Positions 30,882-32,000 of a DNA stretch of 32,000 nt are shown here, in pieces (positions within the stretch are counted from its first letter, which is position 1; each line of letters starts with the position of its first letter). Source of the stretch: Erwinia phage vB_EamM_Asesino. The notes beneath the pieces were generated by a model. The model was not told the DNA's origin. It was given only the letters and a program-made list of their open reading frames with translations, and ran no database searches. Location of the stretch: the sequence record KX397364.2, one strand, 5' to 3'. Position numbers and translations under genes: made by a program.

Positions 30882-32000
30882 ATGGCCAAGATTGCGACCA
30901 AACTAATCGACAAGGATCGCGGGTTCGAAGTCTGGGACCCGTCGGAACTGTACGAGGCGGGGCGACCTACTGGGTATGTCCCCAACCCGCGCGACCTTAT
31001 CATCAACGAACTGACCAGTGGTTTCGACCGTGTGGTCAGCACGAACTACGCCGTACCGAGCTGGGAAGTTGAACCGTTCGGTGGTGTAGGGGTAGCGAAT
31101 CAGGATGGGCGACTGAACGGTCACTATCCGCTGCGCTCTGACAAATACCGTGTGTACGTGGACAGTTCTAAACTGCCTGCGACCATGGTGATTGATGCCG
31201 ACATCTCCTGGGACGGCCCGGACATTGACGGGGTGCGCATTCTGCGTGGCTCCAACGTGTCGGACAGTGCCGAGATTCTCTCTGGCTTCTACAAAGATGG
31301 CAAACTGAAATACACCTATCTGCCGACCCAAACCATTTCGGTGGAAGGGGTAGAGACAGTGGTGAAGAAAACCTTACCGGGAAGTTGTCTGGCGGAAGTC
31401 AGCAACGGGGAAGAGTGCATGTTCGTCGTGTACTCGGACGTCGGTAATGTGGTTCAGATTTGCCACGGACGTGTTATCAAAACCAACCTGGTCATGGCGC
31501 AGGAAACGCCTGCCCGTACGGTACTCGGGATTAAACTCGTGTCACCGTTCTTGGTTGATGACGATGGCACCACGCTGACGCTACCGATTAACATGCCGCT
31601 GGACTCTATTCCACTGTGGTGTGATATCCAGTACAGCGACGGTACCAAACGACTGCCAATTGACCAGGCGCGTGTGAAGTTCAATGGTCTGCGTAACTCC
31701 GGTTCGCAGGACACCTTCTACATCTCGTCGAATGCCGGGAACAACCTGCCGTGTGTGCTGAGTTATCAGCTGGCGAAAGGGGAAACGTATGGCGGGACGG
31801 ATGTGGTCGGGGACACGATTGTCAAAGACTACACGGCAGTCACCGAACAAGTTGATGGGGCCTACTCCATGAAACTGTTCGTGGTGCCACGTTGGTTGGA
31901 TGCAAACCGTGGCTTCCGTCTGGACTTCCTGCTGTATAACCTGACCCGTGGTAAGGTGTACGATGCCAGCGCGAATATCCAGTACACCAGTGGTACAACC
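30882..32000 (+). CDS. hypothetical protein, 3'-truncated by window edge (at least 373 aa), probable structural protein
   Basis: This ORF is not in the supplied track because no stop is reached. ATG 30882 lies 2 nt after the previous TAA. I translated the frame by hand to nt 32000 ('MAKIATKLIDKDRGFEVWDPSELYEAGRPTGYVPNPRDLIINE...') and found no stop. The minus-strand ORFs here are in-register shadows. Confidence 0.8.
   Translation, partial: MAKIATKLIDKDRGFEVWDPSELYEAGRPTGYVPNPRDLIINELTSGFDRVVSTNYAVPSWEVEPFGGVGVANQDGRLNGHYPLRSDKYRVYVDSSKLPATMVIDADISWDGPDIDGVRILRGSNVSDSAEILSGFYKDGKLKYTYLPTQTISVEGVETVVKKTLPGSCLAEVSNGEECMFVVYSDVGNVVQICHGRVIKTNLVMAQETPARTVLGIKLVSPFLVDDDGTTLTLPINMPLDSIPLWCDIQYSDGTKRLPIDQARVKFNGLRNSGSQDTFYISSNAGNNLPCVLSYQLAKGETYGGTDVVGDTIVKDYTAVTEQVDGAYSMKLFVVPRWLDANRGFRLDFLLYNLTRGKVYDASANIQYTSGTT

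Noticed and set aside
1-32000. Search for tRNA, rRNA, CRISPR repeats, IS elements or inverted terminal repeats, integrase/recombinase, toxin-antitoxin pairs and known defence or anti-defence signatures
   Set aside because: Intergenic spaces are all under 140 bp and none folds into a cloverleaf by eye. I noticed no direct repeat-spacer periodicity. No DDE, tyrosine or serine recombinase motifs were seen in any ORF. Absence is by visual inspection only, and long-range nucleotide repeats could have been missed.

Overview
This window is densely coding, operon-organised DNA. It reads as the late/virion-gene region of a phiKZ-like jumbo myovirus. Gene content and order resemble what I recall for phiKZ gp175-gp181 plus gp29/gp30, and for SPN3US-like enterobacterial jumbo phages; this is from memory and cannot be verified here. 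Left to right: (1) Two small + strand ORFs, the first truncated by the window edge, then a bidirectional terminator. (2) A minus-strand block: a 180-aa ORF, a 736-aa ORF with one transmembrane segment, and a 2379-aa giant protein carrying a lytic transglycosylase (SLT) domain. (3) Only 29 bp away and divergent, a + strand block encoding pieces of a phage multisubunit RNA polymerase: a 537-aa beta-prime N-terminal fragment ending just after the DxDGD Mg site, and a 1387-aa beta fragment. These are followed by a 99-aa ORF, a 491-aa ORF (possible beta C-terminal module), a 242-aa ORF (possible further beta-prime fragment), a T4 gp21-type prohead protease and two small ORFs. (4) A terminator-bounded accessory cassette with visibly different codon usage: an NT5C/HAD-type deoxyribonucleotidase, an HD-domain phosphohydrolase and four ORFans. 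(5) A convergent minus-strand tail sheath + tail tube pair. (6) A + strand block of three probable tail/baseplate ORFs, the last running off the window. I saw no tRNA, rRNA, CRISPR array, transposase or integrase. The points most worth follow-up are the unusually fragmented and motif-degenerate RNA polymerase cluster, the giant SLT/transmembrane protein, the nucleotide-hydrolase cassette with recurrent TTAC-containing upstream motifs, and the GC hairpins without U tracts. All long antisense ORFs in the track are in-register codon-bias shadows and are rejected.
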